64,000 nucleotides of DNA from a virus (Duplodnaviria > Caudoviricetes), in the IMG/VR virus record IMGVR_UViG_3300048920_000392, positions 7,593 through 71,592 of that record; one strand, 5' to 3'. How positions within the stretch are numbered: position 1 is the first letter of the stretch; each line of letters opens with the position of its first letter. The translations under genes were made by a program, and so were the position numbers. The notes beneath the pieces are model-generated. The model was given only the letters and a program-made list of their open reading frames with translations. It made no database searches and had not been told where the DNA came from. Below are positions 62,983 through 64,000 of the stretch, in pieces.

Positions 62983-63360
62983 GTGAGAAGAATCGCGATA
63001 CTCGAAGGTCATCCAGTTGCTGCCATAGGCCTTAAGGTGCTGATAAATGCGGCTGCGGGTCTGGAGCTGTCTGGGCTGCATACTGATGGCGGTTCGCTTT
63101 TTTCATCCATTCAAAAGCAACCAGTAGAAGCAGTAGCAATTGACCTTGATGTCTCGCATGGACGCCTTCATGGACCAGGGCTCATTGAGCTGCTAAGAGC
63201 TGCGTTCCCCAACTTAGACATCATCATTGTGGGTGGCGTGGATGCCGCGACTAGGCGTGAGTGCTTCAAGGCTGGGGCGACGGCCGTGCTGGATAAGGCG
63301 AACGATTGCAGTGTGCTGCTGGCCCATCTATCCGGCAGTCCGTCGACGTTGACGGATTAG
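62983..63360 (+). CDS. Receiver-only (CheY/NarL-type) response regulator, atypical
   Basis: RIAILEGHP...AIDLD...GATAVLDK; no output domain. Confidence 0.8.
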   Translation: MRRIAILEGHPVAAIGLKVLINAAAGLELSGLHTDGGSLFSSIQKQPVEAVAIDLDVSHGRLHGPGLIELLRAAFPNLDIIIVGGVDAATRRECFKAGATAVLDKANDCSVLLAHLSGSPSTLTD

Positions 63361-63397
63361 GGGCGCTCGCGACGGCAGCTTCTATTGTCCAAAGGTG

Positions 63398-63432
63398 AAA
63401 AAGCAGAGGGCCGGCGATTTCCGGCCCTCTGT
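63398..63432 (-). terminator. Intrinsic terminator of autotransporter
   Basis: GCAGAGGGCCGG-cgattt-CCGGCCCTCTGT with A5 on the left. Confidence 0.75.
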
Positions 63433-63452
63433 TGCGGCACTTCCTCTTGGTA

Positions 63453-64000
63453 CTACCAGCTATAGCTCATACCCAGCTGCGCACTCGTCTGGTGATAGCC
63501 ACTGGTCTGCTGCCGGGCCAACCCCGCCCAGGCGCCCAACCCATTGGCAAACTTAAACGACGCACCGGCACTCACTTCCGCACGGCTGCGCGGAATGCGC
63601 GCATCCACACGCTCATCGTCCATCCACACCTGCGACTCGGCCCAGGTGTGCAGCCAGTTGGCGGCGATGTACGGCTGCACATCGGTCGCGCCGTCGCCCC
63701 AGCGCGTCACCCCGGACAAACGCAGGCCTATACGGCCATACAAGCCATCGGCGTCCTGCGTGTTCACCACCGTGCCGTTGGCCTCGGTGTGGCGAAGGTC
63801 GTCCCAACGGTTGTAGCCCACTTGCAGCTGCGGCTCCAAGAAGATCCCGCCGTTCTGAGAACCACCGACTCGGAAGGCGTAGCCCGTTTCGATGGCGCCC
63901 TGCCAGCCGCGACTGTCGTACCGCTCGGTAGCCAGGCCCACACCTTCGACGCGATTGCGGAACTGGGCGCGCTGCAACGAGCCGTCCAAGTAGAAGCCGG
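63453..64000 (-). CDS. Autotransporter beta-barrel C-terminus (partial, host gene)
   Basis: IETGYAF...LEPQLQV...GRIGLRL...QPYIAANW...QLGMSYSW terminal aromatic. Confidence 0.92.
   Translation of the reverse strand, partial: GFYLDGSLQRAQFRNRVEGVGLATERYDSRGWQGAIETGYAFRVGGSQNGGIFLEPQLQVGYNRWDDLRHTEANGTVVNTQDADGLYGRIGLRLSGVTRWGDGATDVQPYIAANWLHTWAESQVWMDDERVDARIPRSRAEVSAGASFKFANGLGAWAGLARQQTSGYHQTSAQLGMSYSW

Noticed and set aside
224-63360. Split response regulator formed by the orphan wHTH (224-562) and the lone receiver (62983-63360)
   Set aside because: 62 kb apart on different elements and from different families (OmpR vs NarL/CheY-like); no linking evidence

Overview
High-GC (about 65%) bacterial DNA, probably Xanthomonadales (Stenotrophomonas-like). 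The host call is an inference from GC content, gene content and a TTAG-N6-TACTA LexA box. Almost the whole window is mobile DNA stacked at a tRNA(CAT) att site. (1) 1-46244 is a largely complete lambdoid siphoviral prophage whose left end lies outside the window. It carries a cI/cro immunity region with recognisable OL/OR operators, replication genes with an iteron origin, lysis genes, a lambda-like head and tail, a 1733-aa multi-enzyme tail protein, several morons (two TA-like pairs, a HipA-like kinase pair, SRAP, LexA-boxed umuDC) and an integrase next to a 45-bp tRNA 3' fragment. (2) About 46245-59850 is a roughly 13.5-kb phage-satellite-like island: P4-type integrase, AlpA, HNH, an HTH Rep-like gene plus an iteron/DnaA-box origin, a lone small terminase and a Panacea TA pair. 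Unusually, it also encodes three podovirus-type DNA-ejection proteins (one with an SLT lytic transglycosylase) but no capsid, portal, terL or tail. This is the best candidate for an undescribed system. (3) About 59900-62850 is a small third integrase/excisionase module with a stand-alone proteasome-beta-like (Ser1/Asp17/Lys33) Ntn-hydrolase candidate. (4) The window ends in probable host genes: a receiver-only protein and the 3' end of an autotransporter. All family assignments are motif recognition by eye; no database searches were run.
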